NCBI GenBank assembly: GCA_029717555.1
Contig: JAMDHS010000026.1
Location: 62,001 to 126,000 of the forward strand
Source of the DNA: Peribolospora baueri
Lineage: Eukaryota
Direction of reading: 5' to 3'
DNA length: 64,000 nt
The notes beneath the pieces are model-generated. The model had not been told where the DNA came from. It did not search any database and was given only the letters and a program-made list of their open reading frames with translations. The translations under genes and the position numbers were made by a program. How positions within the stretch are numbered: the first letter of the stretch is position 1; each line of letters opens with the position of its first letter. Shown here piece by piece: positions 29,301 to 41,277 of the stretch.

Positions 29301-30528
29301 CTACGACTGAGAGGAATGGTTTGCCTAGGCCGAAGCAGTAAGGTCAAGTACGGCGCTCACAGGTAGACGCCGAGACGCTCTTCTGTCACCTCAAATTCGG
29401 CGGTCGCATATCTAAGGCACGGCCAGTTGAAGAGGCCAGAGCCAAGTGGGATGAGGTCCACTCCTCCGGCCGATCACGATAGAGACGAGGGCGGACTGAC
29501 CCATGTGCCAAGAAACCTAGGGCCATGCAGAGAGTGATTATGGTCTGCTTGTTCAATTTCTTCAAAGCCGCGATGTCCTGTCAAGGAAGGACGAAATGCC
29601 ATATCGGCGGTGAGTTTGATCATTGAGGGAACGTCTCTATAGGTAAGAACGAGCTTACCATCGCCTGCGAACGAGGTCAGCATCGCGCCGAGAGTAGAAC
29701 ACGATAGCGATCGCTGCATCAGCGCACGATCATTCCCATCTCACAGCTCGACCATCCTCCGAGGACTCACTTGCGAATAGTCCCTCAGCCAATTTCCAAA
29801 GTAGACGCGCTTGATGTCCAGTCCACCAAACTTGGAGCTCCTGGAGAGCATGCCGGAGCCGACTTTTTTGTAGAGTTCCGCGAGGATGTCTACGAGGCAT
29901 AGGGGGGGTGGGGGGGGAAGAGGATTGAAGTTGGTGGGGAGCGAATGAGAACAGGTGTTCTTGCGACCGATGGAGAGGATTGCGAGACGAGGGCACACCT
30001 TCGATGTCGCCGTGACGGACGGCGCGACCCTCCAACCACCTGTGGGTCCCATGCGGAGTGCGGAGGCATGCGCGGCAAGTGAGGAAGGAAGAGGGGACGG
30101 ACGTGAATGAGATCTACCTGGGCGGGATATAGGCGTTGGACGGGCGAGAACTCACGCATAGCTAGGGATCTGATGGCCATGGAAGCGGAAAACAGATGCG
30201 AAAGCAACGCGAGACAGGTGCGCCTTGAGCGACTGGAACTGGAAGCAGAGAAGGGGGCAAAGAAAAAAACAAACGGCTTACGTTCCCCGCCCCGAACGCA
30301 GCCGCCCCGGCCGCGGTCAGGAGGATGAGAAGAAGGGCAGCAAAAAGGAGGAGAGCGAGGCTTGGTCTGAAATGGGCGAAGGAGGTCAAAGAGCGGGGGG
30401 CCAAAAGTTGGGTGAGCTTAGCTTTGGCCCGGTCTCGCTCGCTCGCCCGCGCCCTGGTGGCCTGCAGTCTGAACAAAAGCTCTGTTTGCTTTTTCCTTTC
30501 CCCCACGTACGCACCTGCGATTCGCCAT
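26305..30528 (-). CDS. Het-C family protein with predicted signal peptide and Gly/Pro/Tyr-rich tail; many exons including microexons and a GC-AG intron
   Basis: Spliced MANRRPSLALLLFAALLLILLTAAGAAAFGAGN|IPSYA|WLEGRAVRHGDIED, KRVYFGNWLRDYSQ|AM|DI, LGVYLPTEHIDNPKGY, HTLED|LPAHSNWCEL, DPTHSILSKDHF. Stop at 26305-26307. Confidence 0.9.
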
Positions 30529-31743
30529 GGTGCTGGCCTTAGAGCGAGAAAGATGTGTCGTGCCACGCCTGAAGACGTCGGCGTTGGCGTGCGGCGGTGC
30601 GCTCTCGCTAGAAGGGGACGAGTTGTGGGCGGGGTGTGTGCGTGGGTTCGTGTCGGAGGTGAGGAGGGGGGATGAAGATGAAAGGGTGAGCGTGGACGAA
30701 GGTGGAAGGGTCAGGTCAGCGTCCAACGGCGACGGGGACACGTGAACGGCGTCGACGACGGGACGACGTTGGCCGCGGCACAGAGCCATGCCCACCGACC
30801 GAGCAAGACGGCTCATCACTCGACGAAGACGGACTGGATTGGACTGGGAGACGTCTTCGTAGCGTATATACAAGCGGCCTCGACCTCGACGCTTGCTTCC
30901 TTGCGGAGCGACGCCGACGCAGTTGGGTGGTGGAGTGCACACCTGAACGCGAACGACACGCGACCACGAACACCAACACCAACACCAACATGAACATGTA
31001 CATACTTGGACCGACGCTCCCGCTCGTCTGCCTCAACTTGGGACAGCGAAATGATGTCTATTCATGCTTCCGTGGAGACGGTCTTACTAATCACAGCCGC
31101 CCACCTCGGTCCTCGGTCTCGCCTTCCCCGCGGTGGGTGCTACCTCTTCCGCTCCTCCACAAGGCCAAGGTCAGCAGGATGTGGATGTTTTGCATCTGCG
31201 TAGTGCCTGAGACGACGAGCAGCGGTCCATCCAGCCTTCTCCGATTCACCCGCTACGCTGAGCTGAGCGACCATCCCCTCTGCCGATCGCGCGGACAACC
31301 GATTACGCTGGAGAGGCTGATGTGATGTGGTCCGCCTGAGCAAGTCACGGGGCCGTGATCAGCTCCTTGTACGTGCTGTGCTGTACCCCCGCATTCTCGG
31401 TGGACGGCGTCGCCTCGCTCGTCTCCTTCGGCGGGTGTGTCCTGGCCGGAGAGTAGTTCACCCATCTCGGGTGGCGGTTCGTCTCGGGCGCTAGGTGCTA
31501 TATGCACATACAGGACGACGGGGCGGAGAAGATGTGGAGTGCGGGGAACGAGCGGAGAGGACAAGCCTCAAAATGGAGGAGGCGGGTGTTGGAAAGTGGA
31601 GACAGAGCGGGCAAACTCACATAAATGGAAGCGAAGGGTACAGGCACCCCGACCCCGCTCGCCACCTTGTCTTCGTTCACATCTCTTCTCCAAGCTACTC
31701 TCTCCAAGGCCCAAACAGCAAGCAAACAAGCAAGCAAGCAAGA

Positions 31744-34700
31744 ATGTCCATGAAAGCCGTAGTTTACGACGGCCCTTTCAAGGTGCGTCTCCACGTTCCA
31801 GGCGACTGGCTGGTAAAGACTGAGTACGTAGGATGGGCAGCGAGCCCGCTGATGTCCCGCTCGCTTCGCCCCCTTTGCCAGGTCGCCGTCAAGGAGGTCC
31901 CGCGGTGGGTTGCGCTCCGAACCCCCCGCCCCAAGCCGGTCTTGTCCCCTTCGGGCGCTGACGACGGCGGCACTCATCCCAAGCTTAACCATTCGTTTTC
32001 CTCCCCGTTTCCTTGTGCAGCCCCAAGATCCAACATGTGGACGACGTGATCGTCAAAATCACCTCTTCCTGCATCTGTGGATCTGACCTGCACATGTGAG
32101 TCCCCTCCCGGGCCACCGTCTTATGTCTCACGCTTCTTGCCCCTTCCCGATTCGCGTCCCCTTTTCCGTCCACTAACGTCGACCGCTTGGGCTGTTTTTT
32201 TTCTTTTTTTTTTTTTTTTTTCGCCACAGGTACGAAGGTCGCACGGCCGCCGAACCTGGTGAGTGCGCCACGCCAACGTGCCATCACCCTGAGAAGCATG
32301 GACCGTCGGACAGGTTATGTTGACGCACTCGCTCGTCCGTCCCTTCCTATCATCTCAGGGATCGTGTTCGGACATGAGAACGTCAGTAGAAACGAGCACT
32401 GACGAGTGAAAGCGATGGGGGTGGCGGGTGGAGGGGCGCGCCAGAGGCCGTCGCAGTCGTCTGGAGGTGGGATCGCATGCTTACCCGGTTCCGCTATGAC
32501 CATGATCACAGATGGGCATCATCGATGAAGTGGGAGACGGCGTCAAGCTGCTCAAGGTGAGAGAAAAATGCGGGGCGAGCCAAATTCGACGCAACGCGAG
32601 TGCATGCTGATCGATCTGAGACCGCGTCTCGTCTCCACCGCTCTTCCCGCACGGCTCTTTAGAAAGGAGATCGCGTGGTCATGCCCTTCAACGTCGCCTG
32701 GTGAGCGAGCGGGTCAGAGGCGAGATTTGTACGGCAGCGACGACCCAGCCTTAATTAACCAAGCTTGACGTTTGGTCTCCCGTCTCCTCAGTGGACGCTG
32801 CCAGAACTGTTAGTCTTTCTTCGAAACATCCTCCCGTTCAGCTTCGGCGGCGGCGTGTCGTCCATGAGGCCGCAAGGACTCACCCGCTCTCGCCGCTTTC
32901 TCCCGATCTCAAGGCGAGGAGATGCGCACGGCGTTCTGCACGTAAGCCGAGATGCATTCTCTCAGAATGAGTGAGCGCCACACTGACCCCAGCTACGGCC
33001 CTTCTTCACTGTCCAGCGGCGTGAACCCTGGCTTTGCTGGCGGGTGAGCATGCGTCTTCCGTCCCACAGGACGAGGGGAGGTGCAATGGGGGCGCGACCT
33101 TTCGACTTGACTCTCTTCTCGCCCCCTTCGTCTTTCCCTGCTGACGATATGATATGACTGGCTTTGGCTTGCTTTCCTTGGCGCATTCAGGGCTTACGGC
33201 TACGTAGCGATGGTAAACATCACGGCCGTTCTCCCTCAGCTTTCCCTCTGCCCCGCTCACCATCTCCCTTCCCCCTCTCATTCCACAGGGCCCCTACCAA
33301 GGCGGCCAAGCGGAGTACGTCCGCGTGCCTTACGCCGAGTTCAATTGCCTCACCCTACCTCCCGGACCGGCGCACGAAGACGACTTTATTCTGCTCGCCG
33401 ACATCTTCCCGACTGGCTGGCATGGCGTTTCGCTCTCGGTGCGTAGACGCTTCGCTCCGCTCTGCCTTTTGCCTCGCCGGCCCTTGTAGTCTTTTTGTGC
33501 TGTCGCGTCGCGTACAGATAGGGCCGATGAGCGAAACCTCACTCGTTCTCTCCTTCTCGTCCTTCCGGCATGCGGCGCTAGGGCTTCAAATCTGGCGAGA
33601 GCGTGGCCGTCTATGGCGCGGGACCTGTCGGACTCAGTTGAGTCCTCCTCTCGTCCATGACCAGTCGCTCCAGACGAACAAGCCGAATGCTGATCATTCC
33701 CCTCGCCACGGTCATTGCATTCCTTCCTTCTGCCCCGACCTTCCGCAGTGGCGGCGTACTCCGCTGTCCTCCGCGGCGCCACGGAAGTGTACGTGGTAGA
33801 CCGCGTCCCCGAGCGGCTGGCCAAGGCAAAGGAGATTGGTGCGATCCCTATCGATTTCTCCAAGGGCGATCCGGCGAAGCAGATCATCGATGCCAGGGGA
33901 GGACGGTTGGTCGATAGGGGCGTCGATGGTGAGTTTGGACGCGAGCGTCGGCGGGAGGGCGTGCCTCGGGTGCTGACGACCTGTTCTCTGCCCACCCCTC
34001 TCTCTCTCGTTTCCCTGCTCGCCGATACGACCAGCCGTCGGATACCAGGCGGTGACGTCGGACGGACAAAAGGAGCAGCCGAACATTGTCCTCGACTCGC
34101 TCATCGCCGTCGTCCGTCCCACCGGCGGGCTCGGTGTTCCGGGTGAGCGACGACGATGACCGCCCCGCCGTCCTTGTTACGTGAACTAATGCCGAGCGGA
34201 CGGGGGATCGAAGGACGCTGATCGACTGACTGCGCGCGCGTTTTCCCATCCCCCGCTCTCGCTCTCGCTCCTCGTCCACTCAGGCCTCTACGTCCCCTCG
34301 GACCCCGGGGCGCCTGATTCGGACGCTGCGAAGGGGTACATCAAGTTTGCGTTCGGCAAGTTCTTCGAGAAGGCCTTCACGCTGTTAGTCCGCGCCGTGT
34401 TTCGTTCTCGTTTTCGCCATCCCGTTCATTCTGTCCCTTCGTCTCGTTCCCGCACCGGCGACAGCGGCTGCGGTCAGGCAAACGTAAAGTCGTACAACAG
34501 GTATCTGCGCGATATGATCATCGCGGGCAAGGCCAAACCCTCATTCGTCGTCTCGCACCACTACAAGCTCGACGAGGCGGCCAAGGCGTACGACAAGTTT
34601 GACAAGAGGATCGAGAACCATACCAAGGTGCGTGTGCGGCGCGCGTTTTGTTTGTTTGTTCGCCGTTGTCGACTGACTGACTGACGACCCCGAGCGGCAC

Positions 34701-34752
34701 CGATCCTCTCCGTCGTCCGCTCGCGAATGCACAGATCGTCCTCCACCCATGA
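31744..34752 (+). CDS. Zinc-dependent MDR dehydrogenase, glutathione-independent formaldehyde dehydrogenase (FdhA)-like, about 18 exons
   Basis: Spliced ICGSDLHMYEGRT, GHEN.G, PFNVACGRCQNC..FCT (structural Zn), GPYQGGQAEYVRVPYAEFN, LADIFPTGWHG, GAGPVGLMAAYSA, GLYVPSDPGA, GQANVKSYNRYLRD, KIVLHP* (TGA 34750-34752). Confidence 0.9.
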
Positions 34753-35224
34753 GGATGGGTCGCCCAAGCGATGCGCCGCCGTCCTCTCCGGTGCCGCCGT
34801 CCTCGCCTCTGTCCTTTCTCTCCCATCCCCGCGTCTCGTTTCTCTGATCACGTGTGAACGAAACTGGTCTTTTTCCAGAACTTTGACGATAACCCTTATC
34901 CACACCTGATCCGTTGTTGTTGAGCCCTCACCGGTGATGTGATGTGCGAGTAGTCTGTGTTGAACTGACAAGGAATTCTCGAACGCACGCACTGTATGTC
35001 CCATGTGCACTTGCCTCCCTCGGCCACTCCGTCTGTCTGTCCATCTGTCCGTCCGTCCATCGAACAGCTCGGAGGTGCAATGCCACCAGTATCACCGGGT
35101 TCATCCGTCCGTTCCGTCGCTCGTCGACCGAGGAGAGAGAGGCGCTGAGGCGAATGCGTGTCTCACTCACGAACCAAATTGAGCGTGGTTTTGGTTGAGG
35201 AGGCACGCCGGTCCCCGCATGAGC

Positions 35225-35331
35225 TGTCTGTCTGTCTGTCTGTCTGTCTTGTCTGTCTGTCTGTCTGTCTTGTCTGTCTGTGCCCCGGTCGGTCCGGCCA
35301 CCGGCATCGGCATCGGCATCGGCATCGGCAT
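35225..35331. repeat. Microsatellites (TGTC)n and (CGGCAT)5
   Basis: Tandem TGTC at about 35225-35281 and five CGGCAT units at 35302-35331, intergenic. Confidence 0.85.
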
Positions 35332-36369
35332 CTGGTTCGTGCGTGCGTTTTTTATGTATGTACCTGCGGCCGCCGGCGAAGGCGAGCGTGGAAGGCGCGT
35401 GTGGTGGAGAGGAAGCGGGTGGGCGGGAGGAGGAGGCTATGCGGAGGGCAGTGCCTGCGGGGTCGGAGGAGCATGCATTTGGAGAGAGGGAAGACGTCAT
35501 CGTCGTCGATGGAGGGAGGCGACGGCTCGGACCGCGTCTCCGGCTGCGGCATGCGAGGGCGGCGGGGATTTAAACAGGCGATACGCGGGGATACCAATAC
35601 AAGCCGGCGCCGTATCGACAATACAAATCGCGCTTATCGGCGTGCCCGACGAGGGTAAAGGGATCGTGTCCATCGACATCATATCGCGACCGCGACTGCG
35701 GCAACTCTCTCTCTCTCCCTCCGTCCCTCCCTCCATCCATGCACGGCTGCCTATCCTATCATCCATCGAACCCAAGACGCCCCCGTCGTCGCTCCTCCAC
35801 CTCCGCCAGACCCAACACCATCTCCTCCCTGGCGAGCAGCGCAGAGAAGAGCAGAGCAGAGCAGGGCAACCTCGCCCCCGACCGACGACGGCCCCCTGCC
35901 CTTCGTCCTTGCTCTCACCGCACCCCTTCCCTCGTATGTATCTCACCCGCAACACACGTCCATCGCTTGTGTCCATTCGCACCCCTTCCTCCTTCTTTTT
36001 TCTTTCTCTGTCCATGCTTGTTCTTGCACTCGTACGCTGACACTGTAGGCCACCCTTAGACTCCCTTCCCTCTCCTCTGCCTCGCCTCGCCTCGCATCCA
36101 TTCGATTCCGCCTTCTCCTCCTTCCTCCCGCTTTCTTGCTTCCGATCGAACCGATCTGGTCCGCGTACGATCTTTTCCGCCTGGAGCTCCATTGATACCC
36201 CCCTCTTCCCTGCTCACTTCGTCGGCACATCACACGCCGACCGACTCTCCCGCTGGTCTTGGCCCCCGCCTCCCCTGCTCCCCGCCGAACCCAACCTGGC
36301 CGTACGTCCTCCAACGACGGGATCAAGTCCCCACCCCAACCCAATTCGTCGCACCCACCCGACAGCGCA

Positions 36370-39305
36370 ATGGAGCGACCACCACGCCTGGACGTGTCCG
36401 CTCTCTCGCCGGACGAGTACGACGCCTTCCGCGGCTGGCTCGCAGAGCTCCTCCACGTGCCTCCCGGCGCCGCGCTCGACTCGGTCGCCGCGGCTCCCGC
36501 AGTCAAGGTGCCCACGCAGGACGTCGTAGGTTGGCTCAGGACGAGGTGCGGCGTGGAGTATGAGCACGAGGTCAAGGTGAGCTCGCGATCGGTCGGAGGC
36601 GTCGCCGGGGGTCGTTCCGTTCGTCCATGCGCGACGCGCCACTCGCATCTTGCCATGATCGGAGGATCCTGGAAGGGTTCGATTGGGACGGGCGTGCTCA
36701 TCCTCTTTCTCCGACACGTCCAGATCCTGTCCCAGTTCGACAACTTCTCCAAAGGCTTCGCCGTCGGAGAGGTCTACGCTATCCTTAGGCTCGTCGCCTG
36801 GGTCCAGGCCGGTCGGACACCGTCTCGGTCGTTGATCTTTACACAAAGTGGGTATCTCTCGACCGATAGACGGCGGCGGCCTTTTTCATCGGATAAGCGC
36901 TCACAGCCTTCGTCCACCGTACTCGACTTCTAGCCCAACCTGCTCGTACTTCGGATACCCCACCACCGTCTCAGCCGCTTCCTCCGCCGACGAGGCGGCT
37001 CAGTGTCAAGGTGGCCCAGCCCCAGCCTTTGTCCGGCCACCACCACCACGCACTCTCTAGTCCAGAGGTTTCGCCAGCTCATCCCACGCGATCCGTACAG
37101 CCCATCCCGCAGACCGTCGTGCAACCGCCTTCGACGCCCGCGGCCCACTCCTCACCTGCCCCCGCCGGCGGCGCCAATCCGTTTCTACAAAGTCCAGCGC
37201 AGTTGGACAAGCCTGCTGCTTCTGCGGACAGCGGCAACCCGTTCCAAGAGCCGTCCAGGTCCGCCACAACGCAGTCCGCCACAACGCAGCCGTCCAAGAC
37301 TCCGAGAACGACGGCCGCCAAGGCCGGCCCCGGTGGGTCGAACCCTTTCCGACACGTGTCGTCCCCCGCAGCGCCGCCTCCGCTCGCCGATGACGCTTCC
37401 GGCTCGAGCGTGGCCACACGCTCGCCCGGTCCGCCTTCGAACAACGCTCACCAGCCGTCCAACCCGCCCTTGCCTCCGCGGCCGCGAGACAAGGAAGGCC
37501 TCAAACCTCCCCCCCCACTTCCGCCTCGTCACCACATCAGTCCGCTCATCCAGGCCTCCCTCGCCGCCGCGTCCGAGGTGCGCAGAAAGGAGGAATCCAA
37601 ACCGCCGAAGACGTACAACGTCATCGCCCGCTCCGACGACCTCACCAGGCAAGCGCTCCAGGTGCCGTCGTCGTCTCGAGACGTCGACGTCACTCGACGG
37701 GGCGACGCCAAGAAGAAGGCCATCTCGTCCAAGTTTGTCAGTTTCGCTCACGCCGGGCCCATCACGCGACGCAAGGGAGCGAGCGGCAACCCGCTTTCAC
37801 CCGCGCCAGGGGACCCGTCGACGACGGTGGATGGCAGGCGGGCCTCCTCGGACAACTTTGCCGCTTCCGCCGCCGCCGTCGCCTACCGTCCCACGGCCAT
37901 CACCGCCCGGCCGAGGAGCCCGAGCGCGCCGGCGGGCTCGGGCCCGGTGGCGGGGAGCACGCTGCCAAGAAACGCGACCCTCAGCTCTCCGCCCACGATC
38001 GCGCCCAAGCCGAGCTACGTCGGCAAGGGCAAGGCGCCCATCCCTGCTTGGTTGCAGGAGCAGGAGGAGATCACACTCGCCCAGGTCGGTATGGACCCCG
38101 CGGGATCGTCGAATACCTCGGCGACGGCGCGACCTCCGCCTCCGCCGTCAGCGACCAAGCCGAGGTATGGGGCGACGGAGAACCCGTTCGAGAGCGGGGG
38201 GAGCAGCAGCGGAGGTAGCGGCACTCCCACGCTGGCCCGCGCGTCCTCACCGCCGCCGCCAGCGGACTATAGAGAGAATCTCCGGCCACTCGGACGATCC
38301 AAGACGTTGCACCACAAGACCACGCCTCCGCCGCCGCCGCGGCGGCGGATCGACTCGATCGGCGCCGCCAGTTCCCCATCCTCCTCGTCCGCCGCATCGC
38401 CGAACGCTCAAGCTCAGTCCTACGTCGCGCGCGTTCCGTCGCTCAAGGCGCAGATGAACAACGGCCCCAATGCTCACCACCCGTCCAGCGCGAGTACCGT
38501 CGGCTCCTCCCCTACGCTGTCAACCACGCCGAGCATGAACGAGCCCATCTACCTTCACGGGTCGTCTCATCCTTTCCCCTCCGTCCACCCTGGCGGCGGC
38601 AGTGGCCAGAAGCGCCACTCCAGCGGCCTCTCCACCCTCCTCTTTGGCTCCAACACTCGGTCCGGCTCCGGCTCCGACTCTCCCTCCCCACCTCCCACCA
38701 CCACCACCATCACGTCTTCCTCCCACGCCGCACCCGGCGACAGCCCCATGGACCATTTGAGTAAGGATATTGCGAACCTCGTCGATCGGCACGGTCCTGG
38801 TTGGCTCGCCAGAGCCAGCGCCGGTGTCACCGGCAAGGGGGGGAGGAAGTATGAGCGGGGCGAGAGGAGGGGTCTCGTTGGGGACGTGGGCGGATTGGAG
38901 GACGAGATGAGCGCCGAAGAGGAGGTGAGCGGGGGTGAGCGGGAGAGGAACGGATTGGGCGACGGGAGGAGGAAGCAGGCGGGGACGGGGCCGGAGATGA
39001 GGGTCGTGTCCGAGGTGGGCAAGCGCATATCCTCCGTCTCGTTCACCGACACCGTCGTCAGAGAGCCGACTCGGCGAGCGAGGGCATCGATGGACGTCGT
39101 CGGCGTCCGTGCCCACGGCGGCGGTGGCGGCGGCGGACCGGATGTGGACGATTGGGGCGCCGCTGCGGGGGCGGAGGGCGGTCGAGGTGGAGGTGGAGGA
39201 GGGAGCGACGACGAGCTGGAGAGGCAGAGGGAGAGATTGAGGAAGAGGGCCGAGGTGGCGGACGTGAACGATGCTGAGAGAAGCGGATGGGCGAGGTTGG
39301 ACTAG
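36370..39305 (+). CDS. About 900-aa uncharacterised protein: EH-like N-terminal domain plus long Pro/Ser-rich region with NPF and PxxP motifs
   Basis: Exons 36370-36576, 36724-36847 and 36934-39305 splice in frame. Helix EVYAILRLVAWVQAG resembles EH-domain helices; four NPF motifs; poly-Pro PPLPPR motifs. Confidence 0.75.
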
Positions 39306-40269
39306 GGTTCCCTCTTATTCCGACCAGGTTTTTCTCCCTCCTCCCCAAACCCCAATCTCCATCCACCTCCGGCTCCGACTCCGTGCGTGCAAGTCTCAGT
39401 CGACCCCGGTCGTTCGTTCGTCCGTTCCCATCCGTCCGTCCGTTCTGTTCGTGTGTCTCTCTCCAGTCCGCATTGTATCATTGCTCGAGTTCTTGCGCGT
39501 CGTCGTCGTCCTCGTTCCCTACTTGCTTTATCTGCGTCGGATGCATCTCAACATTTCGTTTTTACCGCGCCGTATGACAGTTCCTCTGCTCTTCAAACGG
39601 CACTCGTGTCCTGCTGAACGACAGGATAGGATGGTCGGGACGGATACGTGTCGCCCTATCTAATTATCGATCTGGCCGCGCGCGCTGCTGGGCATGAGCG
39701 GTTCCCTAAGACCCCGCCACCTCGCCATCAGGTGACGAAGACAGAAAGAAAGGGAAAGTAGAGCAGATTACACAGACGAGGGAGAGATGGCTCCCACAAC
39801 GTTCCTAGTTCCTAGTCCCTCTCGCCCGTGGGTTTTTCGGTCCACTATCCGTTTGCGTGCCTCGCCCCGCCTATCTACCGTACGAGTGTGTGGTGGGTCC
39901 ATGGTTGGACCGCAAGGGTGGTCCGTGCACTAACTAGAGCGACGGGCTTCCGACGCGATTCCCCTTTTTTCTAATTCGCGCCTTTCGGTCTCTCGCGCTT
40001 TTCCCGTCTTGTTTCACTTTCCTCAACGAATGGGTTCGAGGGCGCGGTTCGTAGCAGATAAAAGGGCGCTCTGAGAGAGGCGGGCGGCCTCGTCTCGTTG
40101 CTCCTCTTCCAACCCCCCTTTTCTCGTTCCCTTCCGGATCCACACCTCACCTCGCTCGGTCACAACACGACGACATCGCCGCCGCTGCCCGTCCCCCTCA
40201 TCGCTCCTCCGCCCAACGAGCCGTCCACGTCCCAGAGACAAAAAGAAGAACGTGCAAAAAAAAAGCCAA

Positions 40270-41160
40270 ATGGGCCGTCCTATGATGTCTTGCCCAGGCA
40301 CACACCACGCACACGCCCATGACCGAAACACGTCCCCCTCTGTCCCTGCCTCCCCTTACGCCGACGTCGACCCCTCCAGTCGGACAACAACGCCCTCTGA
40401 CCTCGATCTCGGCCAAGACAAAGACGAGGACGAGGACGAACATCGAGACGAGAGCAAGCCGCTGCCGCGCCCTGGCCCTGGCGCGATGGTAAATCTCGAG
40501 GATTGCATCGAGCTCGTTCATCATCCTCGCCATGTCCAGAACGGCTGGCGAAGGCTCGGACTGGGACGACGAGGGCGCTCTGAAACGGACCCGGACCCGG
40601 GCGTGGGCGTGGGCGCGGCAGCGGCAGCAGCTGGAGAGCCCTTGAGCTTGCACGGCGTCTGGCTTGGGGCATTGGAGAGTGTCCGGGAGGGGGCGGGCTC
40701 GTCAGAGTCGCTTTGCAGCGTGGACACTGACGTGATGGAGCCAGAGTCGCTTTGCAGTGCGGACACGGAGGAGGAGAGGAGGAAGCGGGAACGGGCGGAG
40801 CGGGAGTGGTGGTGGTGGCAGCGTCAGATCCAATGGCGGGAGCGGGAGAGGTGGTGGTACAACCGGCAGAGGCAGTGGGCCGAGCGGGAAGCATGCTGGC
40901 TCAAGAGGGAAAAGTGGTGGCAGGAACGGGAGAGTTGCTGGCTCGAGAGGGAGAAATGGTGGGAGGCTGGGCAGTGGTACAGACAGGAGCAAGCAAGACT
41001 GTGGCAGGAGCGGTGGGACCAGCTCAACCAGGCCATCATCCAGAGACGGGAAGAGAGGAACAGGGAGATGTGGACTCACGTCGAATGGTGGGAGAGATTC
41101 TGGGCTGCCGGTGCGCGGCTCGAGGTGCTGAACCGCACGCTCGAGCGACTTCTAAGATAA
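40270..41160 (+). CDS. Intronless orphan ORF with Trp-rich 7-residue repeats
   Basis: Open frame 40252-41160, first ATG at 40270. Acidic N-terminal half, then W-x-x-R-E-x-W/C heptads at 40834-40980. No family recognised. Confidence 0.55.
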   Translation: MGRPMMSCPGTHHAHAHDRNTSPSVPASPYADVDPSSRTTTPSDLDLGQDKDEDEDEHRDESKPLPRPGPGAMVNLEDCIELVHHPRHVQNGWRRLGLGRRGRSETDPDPGVGVGAAAAAAGEPLSLHGVWLGALESVREGAGSSESLCSVDTDVMEPESLCSADTEEERRKRERAEREWWWWQRQIQWRERERWWYNRQRQWAEREACWLKREKWWQERESCWLEREKWWEAGQWYRQEQARLWQERWDQLNQAIIQRREERNREMWTHVEWWERFWAAGARLEVLNRTLERLLR

Positions 41161-41277
41161 AATTTGCGCACCAACTCGCCAAAAGGGGAATGTGCTTTGA
41201 AGGACTCAACGGTTTCGGATGAGCGATGGCATTGCGTCCACCTATAATTACAACATCTACCTACGCTCCAACCATAA

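Noticed and set aside
34628..34760. Cryptic peroxisomal targeting by readthrough or alternative splicing at the dehydrogenase C-terminus
   Set aside because: No TGA-CTA readthrough context, and intron retention ends in RLTD*, not an SKL-like tripeptide.
37003..38457. 484-aa Arg/Pro-rich alternative-frame ORF
   Set aside because: Overlaps the NPF-containing frame that splices correctly; a by-product of high GC content.
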